From NCBI GenBank assembly GCA_023231475.1, contig JALJEE010002909.1, forward strand, positions 1 to 64,000: a DNA stretch of 64,000 nt, in the 5' to 3' direction. The translations under genes were made by a program, and so were the position numbers. This stretch comes from Seison nebaliae. Its lineage: Eukaryota. The notes beneath the pieces were generated by a model. That model did no database searches. It was not told the DNA's origin and saw only the letters and a program-made list of their open reading frames with translations. Positions 35,455 through 48,522 of this stretch are shown piece after piece; the first letter of the stretch is position 1, and each line of letters starts with the position of its first letter.

Positions 35455-37068
35455 TTACAGGAGATTATTCATTTCGTCACCACCATAACTGGTAGTGGTT
35501 GTGGAGGTGGTGTAACTAGAACTGTTGCCGCCACCCGATGAACCACCGAACGAAGCGAAGTCAATACCACCAGCACCGCCACTGCTGTAACTAGAGCCGC
35601 CAGATGATGACATGGAATATTCCATTCCTGATGATGAGTTACTGGCACCACCGAAATCACCACCGAAACCGGCACTCATTGACGAGTATCCTCCACTAGA
35701 ACTCTCACCACCAAATCCGGCTTGATATCTCGTGTCTTCAGAAAATCGACGTCCTGTATTCGCGTCGACAGAATTGGCTGTTAATTGACTGATATCAGCC
35801 ATATTTACCGTTTTGACGACGTTTCCACTACTCTCCTTATATTCAACGGTATAAGGATTGGATTGTCTAGCTTGACGTAATTCGACGACAATATTCTGTG
35901 GTGGTTGAAGTTTAGTGTGATTGATATCTAATCCGAATTGTGTGAGAGCGGAAGAAATTGCAGATACATTTTGCAAATTACTTCCATATCGAGTTGAATA
36001 AGTTTGTGGATTGACTCGAATTACTCCCAAATTCCTGATTTCCTTAATGACTTTGGTTTGTGGACCACTCCATTGAATGATTACATTTCTCACTTTAGCT
36101 TGAGCTTTGGCTGCTGCCGCTCGTTGATAAACGACACGACGTTTCTGTTGTTTGTATGGTAACCATCGTTCGATGATCAATGAACGTGGTTTGGGAGGGA
36201 GGGGAGGTAATCGTTCAATGATAACTCGTCGTGGTGGTGGTGGAATAGCTGGTAAGGATTTGGTGATGATTTTCGGGCCAGGAGCTGGTGGAGGTTTTGG
36301 AGGATTCTCACGAACAACTAATGGCTGAGGAGTGGGCGCTCGTGGTGGTCGTTGTCGGATGATGATTGGAGGAGCCGGTGGAGGCATTGGTGGTCGAACT
36401 TCTTTAATGATGATCGGGCCTGGTGGTGGTGGTGTTGGTGGTTGCAAATATCGGACAGCCACTTCTTGTTTGTAGACGACATTCTCGTTATTCGGTTTAC
36501 GAACGATTTGTGGATTTGTATCATAATTTATTTTGTAATTAATGTCACTGTTGAATGAGCCACCACTGGTGATTTCAGCACCTGCCAAATCAGTTCCAGT
36601 AATCGATGAGATTCCTGAAGCTGTGACAATGCCACGAACATCACTAGTCGATACATTTATTCCAGATGCTGATCCTGATCCTGATTGAAATTCTGATGAA
36701 GTGGATGAACTAAATCCTGATGAAGCACCACCGCCACCGCCGCCACCGCCACCGCCAGACAAAGCACTGTAATCGAATGAACCACCAGACGAGGCGGCAT
36801 TCATATCGAATGATGAACTGGAACCAGATCCAAATCCGCTTCCAATATCTAAGTTACCTCCATAATTGGTGGTGGTGGTGGTGGTTTCGGACGAATAAGA
36901 ATTACCACCTAAACCACCAGCACCGGAATCGAAAGTGCTGAATCCACCTCCGATGGCACTGGATGAACCTGCCGATACTCCATAATCCACTTCACCAGCG
37001 CTTGATGAGGAGTAGGAATATTCCATGGAATTGCCTCCACTAACTGATGGTGAATTGTTGATACTCAT
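35455..37068 (-). CDS. Gly/Ser-rich protein with Pro-rich core, function unknown; intronless
   Basis: 537-aa ORF; G/S/F low-complexity ends flank YKQEVAVRYLQPPTPPPPGPIIIKEVRPP...IIERWLPYK...NVIIQW. Confidence 0.85.
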   Translation of the reverse strand: MSINNSPSVSGGNSMEYSYSSSSAGEVDYGVSAGSSSAIGGGFSTFDSGAGGLGGNSYSSETTTTTTNYGGNLDIGSGFGSGSSSSFDMNAASSGGSFDYSALSGGGGGGGGGGASSGFSSSTSSEFQSGSGSASGINVSTSDVRGIVTASGISSITGTDLAGAEITSGGSFNSDINYKINYDTNPQIVRKPNNENVVYKQEVAVRYLQPPTPPPPGPIIIKEVRPPMPPPAPPIIIRQRPPRAPTPQPLVVRENPPKPPPAPGPKIITKSLPAIPPPPRRVIIERLPPLPPKPRSLIIERWLPYKQQKRRVVYQRAAAAKAQAKVRNVIIQWSGPQTKVIKEIRNLGVIRVNPQTYSTRYGSNLQNVSAISSALTQFGLDINHTKLQPPQNIVVELRQARQSNPYTVEYKESSGNVVKTVNMADISQLTANSVDANTGRRFSEDTRYQAGFGGESSSGGYSSMSAGFGGDFGGASNSSSGMEYSMSSSGGSSYSSGGAGGIDFASFGGSSGGGNSSSYTTSTTTTSYGGDEMNNLL

Positions 37069-37560
37069 GTTTGATAATTAAGAAAAGATGATTTCCTTTT
37101 TATGATTATGAGGGAAAGTTGTTGTAATTTCTTCAAAATTCTCCTCCTCTTAAATAGTGGATGATTTCGTGTTGGCAACGAGTATTGGTGTAATTGAGCA
37201 TAGTGTGAAGTTGTTTAATCGAATTAGTCTTATCTTCTCTGTGAGTCGATTTTATGAATTTATTAACAAATTAACATAATCTATTTGTGAGTCACTACCT
37301 CTTCTCCACAACAAGTCATCGACACTTGGAAAAATTAACGAAATGTCAAATTATTTCCTAATTTTAATGAGTTTAATTCACAATAACATTCACAAACAAA
37401 CACGTAAGGACCGACAGAAGAATGAGGAAGAGTGAAGACTTTTCAAAGTGAAAGTTATATGTCGAAATTAACATTATCAATATGGATGAGCAGAAAGTCT
37501 TTTCCTTCATCATCATAATTATCATCTTCTACGAATTAGAGTATCTCATACATTAAATGA

Positions 37561-38985
37561 TTAATGCGACTTCGTTAATGCATTGTGAAGATCGTTAATC
37601 AGATCCGTCGAATTCTCCAATCCAACTGATAATCGAATGAGACTATTCGATATTCCCAATTTCTTCCTTTCATCTGCTGGCACACTCGCATGTGTCATCG
37701 TCGCTCTAAAATTAATTAATTTTAAAATTAATTAAATATTTGAAATGTCAAAATACAAACGGATGTTCGGCAAGTGATTCGAATCCGCCCAATGATTCCG
37801 CTAATGTGAACACATGAATCTTTTGGAAAAATCGATTAGCACGATCTAATGAGTCGTCTTTCAACCAGAATGTTACCATTCCTCCCGAATTCTTCATTTG
37901 CTTCTTACACGTCTCATGTTGTGGATGTGACTCCAAACCAGGATATGATACTCGTTCCACTTCCTCATGACTCTCCAGAAATTTAGCTACAACGAAAGCA
38001 TTCTTCTCATGTTGAGCCATTCGAACGTGTAATGTCTTCATGCCACGATTCACCAGATAACAATCGAACGGTGATGGAACGGTTCCAATAGCTGATGTAA
38101 TTAAATTTCAAAATTATTTCAAAAGATAAAATCACTTACCGTTTTGAAGAAATCTCAATTCGGTTCGGATTGTTTCCTTATTGGCAACGGCTAGACCGAG
38201 AACCACATCCGAATGTCCATTAATGTATTTGGTGGCGGAGTGAAGGACAATGTCGGCACCTAAATTTAGTGGTTGCTGGGCGATCGGTGTTGCAAATGTG
38301 TTATCGACCACAACGATGATATTCTCATTGAATTCCTTTACTATTTTCACTGTCGCTTCAATGTCGATCAATTTCAATGTTGGATTAGACGGCGTCTCCA
38401 ACCAAACCATCTACATTGAGAAATAATCGATTTTTTTTCGAAAGTTCAAAACCATCATTATGGAAATTTGAAAAAATCCTCAAACTTTCGTTTGTTTAGT
38501 GAGAGTAGACTCCACTAATTTTCCATCAGTCATATCAATCAACGTGGTATTGATACCGAATTTCTTCGCCACTTTCTGCAGATAACGATTCGTTCCTGGA
38601 AAAACGATAATAGTTTTCGATTAGATGGTAACGATTAGTTACCAAATTTTCGATAACCTCCGTACAAGTCATCCGACGCTAAAATACTGTCGTTCGATTT
38701 CAACAAATGAACAATTGTGGTTGTAGCACCTAATCCGGAGGAGAAAGCGAAAGCTTCTTTTCCATTCTCAATGGCAGCGACACATTTCTCGAAGACATTC
38801 CTCGTCGGATTTCCACTTCGCGAATACTCGTAACCGTTGTGTTGACCAGGCAAACGTTGTTGGAAGGTTGTGGAGAGGGAAATTGGAGGAATTACGGCAT
38901 TCGAATTCCATTGTGACGGTTCTTGTCCCGAATGAATTAATTTAGTTTCGATTTGGCAATCATCATAAGCCGATTTCGTTGTCAT
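37561..38985 (-). CDS. CTH: Cystathionine gamma-lyase
   Basis: Exons 38985-38658, 38595-38486, 38410-38140, 38091-37761, 37705-37561. YSRSGNPTR, WLETPSNP, PLP lysine HSATKY, LAESLGG, IRLSVGLE. Confidence 0.96.
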
Positions 38986-39662
38986 TCTGATGCGGAAGAG
39001 GACTGTGAAGAAATGTTTAAAGTGTGAAGATGAGGAAGGGAAGATCTAGTGAAAACGGGCGAATGAATATGTCTATAGTTCTTATGGAAGAATATCGATA
39101 TGCAAAGAAAGCTTATTGGAATACGAAGTGCTCATATATTTTATATAAAATATGTTTCTTTTAGACATTACACATTACGTAGAATTAGACGTAGAATTAT
39201 GTATATAATTCCCCTCAACGAATCATTTCTCTATTCTTCATTGAATTTCTGTTTATAGTCTAAAAGTCTACTTCTAAAAATGTCTCTGAATAAATTTTGA
39301 ATTTGTTTAAAAACTTCTCAAGGATGAAATCTTCATATTTATCTTTCTAACAAATTCTTTAGAATCTCTTCAACATTCATTCAAAGGACTTTATTACTTA
39401 CTACTTACTACGACTTTATTTATACAGTATAATTCAAAATTTTCATTAAACTTCCAAAATATTGGAAATTCTTCGGACAAACAATACCAGTAGATAATTA
39501 AACTAACAAGAGAAACTGTTTAGATTCATAATAGCTTAAAGTCATTTAAAAATTTACTTGGGTTGAATGTTGACAAAAAAAGTTCATTGGAGAGTTTGTA
39601 AAGTGAATTGTGAGAATTTATTTAAATATTGAAGAAGAGGTAATGGATTAAATTATCAGTTA

Positions 39663-42321
39663 TTATATAGGCGGCACAGAGAGATTCATTGCTGAAGGTG
39701 CAATCGCATCCTCATAATGAGAGAGATAACGATCACGCCATTTCGGTACGATGATGAGGACCACGATTGATAAGAGGAATAAAAATGAGAAAAATCCTTG
39801 AAAGAGAAGACGATCAAGAACTACTGCAGCACGATGCCAATCGTTACTCAACGTGTCATGTTCATCACCCAACATTGGACCAGATCCTTTCTTCTTGTAA
39901 GACGCATAGACTACTGCCTCTAATAATCGTTCCAAGCATTTAATATCTTTCACCATTCGACCATATCGATCGATAGCGATATCTGATGTTTGACAATTCT
40001 CACAATTCCCTTCATCTTCATCCGTCTCCTTCCCATAACAACGACAACAATTCTTACAGTTACTACAATAGACACAATAATTGTCATAAATCTGTTTACC
40101 AAATAAATCGATCTGATGTGGTTTGCATCGATGGTTCTTATGACGATTTGATGGTTTCGATTTAATCAACTCCTCTAAATCCGTCGATGATAATTGGGCG
40201 GATTGCGATTTGCCGATACGTCGTCTAATTTTCTTGTCGACAGTTCTCGATCTCGACGTTCGTCTTTTATCCCCTAAATAAAGTAGAGATTTGTTATTTC
40301 GCCGATGCGACACATTGGTATATAGACGATGAGAAGACGGTTGTGTTACTGGAGAACATTTGGACAACATGGGCACATAAATGAGATCTTTATTCTCATA
40401 ATTCTTTTGCTTCTTTGGCGAGTTTGAATTAGTGATGATGAAGGAACGTGGAATTGATGATGATTCCGGTCTCAATAACCGATTGTCTTTCTTTCTCATT
40501 CGACTTCGATTAGGATTACTAATAAAATATTTTTTATTCGAATGTACTCGATCATGATATCGTAAGGAATGATTAAATTGATTATCATTCAATGAATAAT
40601 CACCATCAGAATACACTTCTGGTACGGCCAATTTGGTTGTCGTCTCAGTTCCACCACCCATTCGACTCGAATTGATGTTTCTTTTCATTTTAATGCTGTT
40701 GTGCAATTCATACGATTTGATTCCCTTCTTATCATAACAACAACAACACAAATTGGCCTTCAACGAATGTGCGGTACTTTCCACTTTTCTATCTTTTTTC
40801 ACCGTAACACGTCGATAAATGAACATCTCCCCAACGGTAAATAACCAGAATTTGGCCCAAACCGGAAATGGTCTCGGATGTAACGTGTCACCCACTCGAT
40901 GTATACTCATGACGATAACAGCTGAGATGACACTGAGTGAAGTCATTCCCATGATGAGTGTGAGGAAAATGGCGATGAGGGGAACGGATTCACTCGTGGC
41001 TGGCATATTCTCAGCAATCAACAACATAAACAACGAATAAGCTACTAGAACGGTTAAACCTAAGGTGACTTTCTCGCCCATATCGCCAGGTAACCAGAAG
41101 ACTAGCAACGTTAAAATCGACAACATCAGACACGGAACGATGACGTTGGTGGCATAATAAAGTGTTCGTCTTTTCATCATTATACCCAATTTAATATCAG
41201 GAAATGAGACGGAGCAACACGGATAATATTCTTCGTTTCTTCGAATTCGTGTACCGAGTAACGTCCACTCACCGTTTGGAAGATATGAGGTCAACGAGGC
41301 GACGTCACTTATCGGATTGAGATCCACTTGTTTCATATCGTAACTCCAGGGACCAATTTTGAGAATGCACGTCTGATTATCGAAGGGGAAATATGTGGTG
41401 TCGATTTGACATGTAGATTGGAAGCGTTTTAACGGTGCCCAATAAATTGTTCCGTTCGCTTTGATCACCGCATTGATTTTGGAATTGCCATTCTTCCGAT
41501 TATTTCCCAGACCTTTAGCCGCATTTACACTGCCTTGCGCATTCGTATTAACGTCGTTAATACTGTCCAATCCATAGAAGGAATTATATAGGACCATATC
41601 AGGTGTCCAAAGATTAGAAGCAGGAATGCTAATCTTTTCAATTCCATGATAATCGTTCGGATCCCATTGTAATCTCATATCCGTCCAAAACTAAATAAAT
41701 CATCTGAATTATTAACAATATCGATGAAAATACTAACAATATCCAACCAAGTGAGTAAAGTTAAGACTTGATTCTTTTCATCCACATCGAAAATTTGCAT
41801 TAATGTTATTCCGATGTCGATGAGAACGGTATCGTTCGTATGGTAAACGGGTCGCATAGTTGGTTCGTAATTCTTCATCAAATCATAATACAATTCCTGT
41901 TCATGAGTTATTTTGTATGGCATCAATGTCTCATTTCGTTGGAGTCGTCGTGGTGAATGTTTGCCAAGTTTATTCGGCTCGCGATGTTTATCCATTTCGA
42001 TGGCCATCGTGTAAGAATTGAGGAATTTATCCAACGAACTTGACAGATCATTACACAATCGTTGCTGATGTTTCAATTGTCGAATCAAGTTCTTCTCCAC
42101 TTCTTTCAATTGATCCAAATTCAATTCTAATAGAACAAGAAGAATTAGAGAGGAATCGAAAGGAAATAACGTGTAGATTCGATGACCTGATTCAAATCGC
42201 GTTTATCGGTGATCGTTCTCGTATCACGAGACAATCGAGTGATATTGATCAAATCGGAGAATTTGGTGCATCGAATAATTATGAGACTAAATGTGAGAAG
42301 AATGAGATGAGTATAAGTCAT
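39663..42321 (-). CDS. Nicotinic acetylcholine receptor alpha subunit (cation-type)
   Basis: Exons 42321-42171, 42126-41738, 41690-39663. Signal peptide, Cys-loop CQIDTTYFPFDNQTC, vicinal YYPCC, M2 GEKVTLGLTVL, M4 VLDRLLF. Confidence 0.95.
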
Positions 42322-44267
42322 GAGCGATCGGGTACGTTCATTCAAGAAAATGCAGTTCAGTTCATTTGCGAGAAGAAGTTGGTCTATATGCGAACAGAAA
42401 GAAAAAGTAGTTACGTCTATCTGTGTTGGGCGAAGAAAGAAAGAAAGGAAGAAAGAAATTGTCAACTGTCAATCGTAGTGAACGAGAATGGAATATAAGA
42501 AGATAATGGTAGTCTCGCCAAGAGATTCTCCTTTTATATTAAACTTCATTCACTTGCCACTCGATGAATGAATGATGATGATGACATATTATAAAGAAGA
42601 ATTATATTTGATAAGAATCGAATTAACTTATCTTAAATAAAAAAAAGTTTTTTTCTTTTTTCCGCTGAAATTGAGAGGAGATTATGAGATAAGAAAAAAA
42701 ATCGTTGTCAAATTCTTTGTAAAATGAATGTTCAAATTTCTCCCATTATCTTCCTCATATCGTCTCGTGGAGATGCGCCAACCCAAAAAAATTATGATCA
42801 TGATGATGAGAGGAGAAGGGTATTAAAATCATTTCCATTCCGCTAATAACTCACAATAAGACTTCAATTATCGCTAATCATTATTAGTTGGGAATTGAGA
42901 TAAATGGATAAATAAATGAATAATTCCATTGTACACAATATTATCGATGGAAAATCGAAATTAATCCCATTCGCCGTTTTCGCTCAAACGACGTTCCGCT
43001 TATGTCTATGGTGAGAATGAATGAATGAGTGAATGAATAAATGAATTCAGAGAGAAGTGAATCCGATTAGAATCTCGTTCATAATATATCGTCATTTGTA
43101 GTTAATGGGAACGTTAATAATTCTTATTAGCATAACCTGCTCCATATAGTGATTAGTTGGGATCGATGTCGACGATGTTAGATGATTAGTGGAACATGTC
43201 GACTTTCTCTCATTAACACATTTTTCCCGCAACAAACCATATGCCCATGTCTCGTCTTACACAATGGAATATTTATATGCTAATGGAATTCGTCACGGCA
43301 ATCATGAAATGAGTGGAATAATACTCGAGTTACGTTTCGTCGATATGAGACACTCGAAGTGTAGTATGCACGTTCCATCGTCAGTTGGAAGGGACATTAG
43401 TTGGCTCGTTAAATGAAGCGAATGAAAAGTATCTTCTTCTGCTTCCCGTCTTCTTCACGTGAAAAGAATTGGCAAAGTGATATTGTTCTTCATGATTCCC
43501 TTCTCAAACATTCAAATAGACGTAAGATATCATATGAATAATTGGTATGATTCAATAAAATCATCAGTTTCAGTGTATACAATAGAAATTCCTAAAGGAA
43601 ATGGAAATGAATTCATTTTTATCATCATCATCATGACGATGAGTATAGTCGTCTCTCTCGGAATCTCTCAGTCAGTGTGTTGTGAGGGAAAGTTGACTAA
43701 CCATCGGTGTATGCACATCAATTTAAATTGACTTTATTCAAGAAAATAGGGAATTCCTTTATTCTCATTATCTCTCTCGATAAATAATCTTCTCCCAAAA
43801 TCATCCCAATGGTAAACGGCTCCATCTCACCATGAGATGAAGAATGTGGAAGGGACGAATGAAGAATGTTTTCACAAATTCATATGTACTCATCTCGTCA
43901 TCGAGGTCCTTACGCAACTCAAAGCTTCTCGCAAGAAAACAGAGAAGATTAATCAGAAATGGTGAATTGGGACGAAACCTGAACGGAGGAATGGCAAGAA
44001 GAGAAAAGTAGAACTCTTTTCTCCGCCGTGCACATTAGATACTTCTGATATTTCAATTAATCAGAAGCGAAAGGCGAATAAAAATCGATAATTCATCATC
44101 AACAAATCCGTCGTCGTCGTACTACTCATCATTTCGGATGATGACGAACGTAGATACGGATTGTTGTTGTAGACGAACGGAAATTTTGTTATCATCAAAA
44201 TAGAATTTGATTGGTATGAATTAGAATAGACAGGTGAAATTAAAGATGAACTTATCCACTTTTACAC

Positions 44268-44325
44268 AAACAAAAACACACACACACACACAAATGCACA
44301 CAAACAGATACACAAATGCACACGA
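44268..44325. repeat. Imperfect (CA)n microsatellite
   Basis: acacacacacacaaatgcacacaaacagatacacaaatgcacac. Confidence 0.7.
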
Positions 44326-44994
44326 CTTTCTGTCTAAAATAAACAGAAGAAAGATACACATATTACATATGTCTCACCAGATACTCATAATTACGTATGA
44401 CAACTCGAGTCATTGAGTGCACGGATTGGAATATAAATAGAAATTAATTCGCTCAATTATCATTATCAATAGAATGTTTCTTTCCATCCACTGACATACG
44501 GAATAAGAATGTGAAGCAATAAATCACTCGAACCAATTCAGGATAGATCCAATGTTCGTTGACAGACGGTAGTGACTATCATTTCTTTTACTGTTGACAT
44601 TGTCTCAACGATTACGATGAGGAACATGCATTTGATTGCCGAATGAATACAATTCTTTCCGCCGCGATTCACCTCCTTCGGATGATTTGATGTCCAGATG
44701 GTGGGAGAGATCGATAGGTCAATAATATTCATGAGACCAAATAACAATTCCAATAACGATGAAATTGATTTTGAGAGATATGTGAGAATATATCCTGATG
44801 GAGGGGAAGGAAAAGGAAAGCGGAGAATTGGATTGGAAAAGATAAATATTTTCCATTGATATTCTCGTCATTCGATGACGAGAGATTGCCTCAACTAGGA
44901 GAGTTGAAACGTAGAAAAGGAAAAATATAAATATAAATGAATTTACTTTCCATTTCAACTAATTGGAATGAACATATCATGCAATACTCGTTCA

Positions 44995-45029
44995 TAGTAG
45001 TAGTAGTAGTACTAGTAGTAGTAGTAGTA
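44995..45029. repeat. (TAG)n microsatellite
   Basis: tag repeats interrupted once by tac. Confidence 0.8.
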
Positions 45030-46977
45030 ACTACATCATCGTTAACTATTCTCGATTGATATTAATATCTTCACATTTACCATCAATAAATTAGGCTCGA
45101 CGAACTCATTTCAATGAGCAAACTAAACGATTCGTACGTCAAGATGATCGAACGGAATAAATATGATCTTCTAAAATATGATCATCTTTCCTGTCATTCC
45201 ATCGAACTTCAACTGCCTGTAGTGATGATTGATATTGGTGATCGGATGTAGATATTTATCGGATCATTTCTCATCAGAACTACTGGTCAAGAGAGAAAGC
45301 GAATTTACCCATCATTCTTACGTCAAATTAAATAAGAAGATGATTATAGATAAGAAGATGATGGAAATTCAGAAAAGAAAAAGTCTAAGGGAATCTCATA
45401 TCCTCTTCCTCTCCTTCAACAATCTTCTTCCAACAACAATTCTCCTTGCACTTATTACATATTGACGTATTAATTGCCTATTGGACAATTGTACTTCCTT
45501 CCTCTCACTAACTATACTGTCGAATCGACTGATGATACTTACATTGATACTCCGCTTCTCCAGCGAGCTGTTAATCCCCTTTCGAAAAATTTGACGAGTT
45601 CACTTCGTTGTCCCAGTGAAAGGAAGATAGAAATTGACGATTCGTTCTGGAGTTTTGGGAGATGTGTATAATGTCGTATAGAATGTGAGTTCATCTCGCA
45701 AAAAGACGAGTGGAATTCGAAGATAAAAGGAACGCAGAGTAGGTCTCCTCTTATTCATGGAGATGAGAATAGAACATTAGAATTAATGAGTTGAATGGAA
45801 TTAGGATGATATTCTTAATGAAATTAAAAAGCGAAAGAATATTGTTGGAATATTCAGGAGAAATTATTCATTATGAAAATAAGTGAAAGAATCGAATGAA
45901 GCTCCATCGTTCGATTCGAAGAAGAAAAGTCAAGATCATTTCCTGTCAAACGCTCGCTCTCTATCTTGTGAAGGTGTCAAAGGAAAATGTCTCATTCTTC
46001 TATGCTCCCATTTAATGTACACACATCGAAATACACCTATGGTGAGATTAAGAAAATACCGGTTTCCTTTCCTTAATCACAGGAGATAACTAGATGGCAA
46101 TACACATCGATCAATTGCTTAACAGACACCTCGCTTCGAATAGTTCAATGTCTTCATCCGATACGTAGATGCAGATGTGTAATAACTATGCACTTCCTCC
46201 TCTCATCCATCTGCATCCAATTTCATTCGTAACAACAGAAAAATCATATCGCCACAAATACATTACTCGTCGACAACTCATCAAATTTCAGTTTCGTCCC
46301 AATCTTTATCACTTTGGAGAAGACAAATTTTTCTTTTCATTTCCTCCCCACTGAAACCGACCTTTTTTCGAATTGGCAATTGGAGGCAATTTTTTTCCAT
46401 TTTTTGGCACGAGAAGAATAAAAGAAAGAAATGCCAATTCTTCCTCCCAATCGTCATCAGGACAGTTGGGATCACTTCGTCTTCTAATCCAGTTATATAA
46501 ATATTATTAAAATCATAAATTATTGATAACAGAAACTATGTTGTTATTCCAACAACGAAATTATTCACAATTTCTCATTATCCAACAGATATTGATGACA
46601 TTCTACCCACTTCCCATTACGACTGAAAGACTTCTCATTTACTCATAATTCTTACCTCTCTCCGATGGATGTTCGTCTATTGACTGACTTAATCGAAAGA
46701 AATCCAATCCTCCAATAACAAATTCATTTTATTCAATTAATATTCGAATTCAATTCAAAATGATAGGAAGCGTCGAAGGGACGAATAGATGACAACGGAA
46801 AGTAATAAAATTCTTTCGAAACTTCTTCCACTACGTGTAACCTTCCCCAATAGAACATTTCTTCTATTGTCAATAAAATTTGTCTTCCAAATTTTAGTTG
46901 GAGTCATAGTAAATCTCAAAACTACTTTTCCAATTTACTCGCACTGTCTCCAGAAAAGAGAGGAAGAAAGATCGAAT

Positions 46978-46980
<3 letters not shown>

Positions 46981-47009
<29 letters not shown>
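46981..47009. repeat. (GA)n tract
   Basis: About 14 GA units. Confidence 0.85.
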
Positions 47010-47013
<4 letters not shown>

Positions 47014-47615
47014 AGAAAGATAAGGTATTTTCCTGCATCTTCCCCGACGTCACCATCTAGTTGATATAGCATGAGAATGAATTATGAGAAATAATAAATC
47101 TCATGTTCTTCCCTTCAGTCTCGACGATTAAATTTCAAAGATTCGACTATAGTACAAATGGGAGTTCGAGATATTTGTACAGACCATCATTCGATTTCTA
47201 CAAAGGAAACTTGTCAGAGAATCATCGAATTTCATAAGTTTTTCAATTTTGCCTATTGTAACTTCATGAATTCCTTTTAATCACCTTGCTACTATCGATT
47301 TTCCGTGTTTGTGTTATTAGTAGTTCTTTCTTTATTTACCTTCCAAGAAGGCAATCGATATAATTAATTTATGACACTGAAACATTCTTTCGGAATCCAA
47401 GAGCTGATTTAAATAAATAATTTCACTTTTCCTTCAACAAACTTCGCCCGATAATTAACTTGTGAATAAAGCAATCTAATTAACTCGAATCAACTACTAT
47501 AATCCGAATAGGAATTTTATGTTAATATTTATTGTTATGAAAAATTTCCTATCCATTCTCATTGACAATTTACAGTCGTTTAATTTGTTGGTTTTTGTCC
47601 AATTTCTATTCTTCT

Positions 47616-47629
47616 GTTGTCATGACAAC
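47616..47629. promoter_or_regulatory. Perfect 14-bp palindrome GTTGTCATGACAAC, RFX X-box-like
   Basis: Ends 17 bp upstream of the cyclophilin ATG; differs at two symmetric positions from GTTGCCATGGCAAC. Confidence 0.45.
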
Positions 47630-47646
47630 GAACTCCAAATTTAAAC

Positions 47647-48321
47647 ATGAAACAAAACGTCTTCTTTGAAATCAATATCAACGCAATACCGTCCGGCCGA
47701 ATCGAGTTCAAACTTTACGACGATATTGTCACAAAGACTGCGCGAAATTTCCGAGAACTGTGCACGGGCGAAAATGGTTTCGGTTACCGCGGAAGTACCT
47801 TCCATAAAATCGTTCCCGAATTCATGATTCAAGGAGGTGACATCACCCACTTCGATGGTACGGGTGGTAAGAGTATTTATGGCGATACTTTTAATGACGA
47901 GAGTTATGATTTGAAGTTCTCCAAACCGTTTTTGCTGGCGATGGCGAATGGAGGCGAACCGAACACGAACTCCTCTCAATTCTTCATTACTCTGACGGTC
48001 TGTCCGTGGCTGAATCATAAGAATGTGATTGTGGGAGAAGTGGCATCAGGACACGAACTGGTCAAACAAATATCGGAATTGGAGGCTGATGATGGAACTC
48101 CAAAAATCTTCGCTACCATCGTCAATAGTGGATTGATTGAAATGAAAATGGAGAAGAAGGATAAACCATCAGGAGATGTTGAAGAAAACGAAAATAATTT
48201 GAAAGACGACGAAGAGAATGATGACGATAATCAAGCGAACAACGAAGAAAATGAAACAAAAGATGATAATAACGATGATGATGAAACGAAAAAGAATTCA
48301 CAAGAAATTGATGTACTTTAA
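47647..48321 (+). CDS. Cyclophilin-type PPIase domain with acidic tail
   Basis: KTARNFRELCTGENGFGYRGSTFHKIVPEFMIQGGD, GTGGKSIYG, MAN.G.NTNSSQFFIT. Confidence 0.95.
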   Translation: MKQNVFFEININAIPSGRIEFKLYDDIVTKTARNFRELCTGENGFGYRGSTFHKIVPEFMIQGGDITHFDGTGGKSIYGDTFNDESYDLKFSKPFLLAMANGGEPNTNSSQFFITLTVCPWLNHKNVIVGEVASGHELVKQISELEADDGTPKIFATIVNSGLIEMKMEKKDKPSGDVEENENNLKDDEENDDDNQANNEENETKDDNNDDDETKKNSQEIDVL

Positions 48322-48522
48322 ATGAAGATGATTCGATTATTTTTGTCATTTCTTTATTTCTAAAATTTTGTTGTTTGTTAAGCAAAAAATGGTAACGATC
48401 AATAAAATGATGAATAAACAAAAGAATAATTCGAAAGGAAAAGTTCTTTACGTTCGAAATGGGTCGAATGTGTTACGGAATACGATATGTAGATTGATAA
48501 TATAATAGAAGTGGAAAAATAT

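Noticed and set aside
43939..43951. ACAGAGAAGATTA matches the U6 snRNA core
   Set aside because: Only 13 nt match; the following GCATGG catalytic/ISL sequence and the rest of U6 are absent.
42500..47600. Many 60-90 aa ORFs in the track
   Set aside because: No motifs or coherent exon chain; several derive from microsatellites or non-ATG starts.
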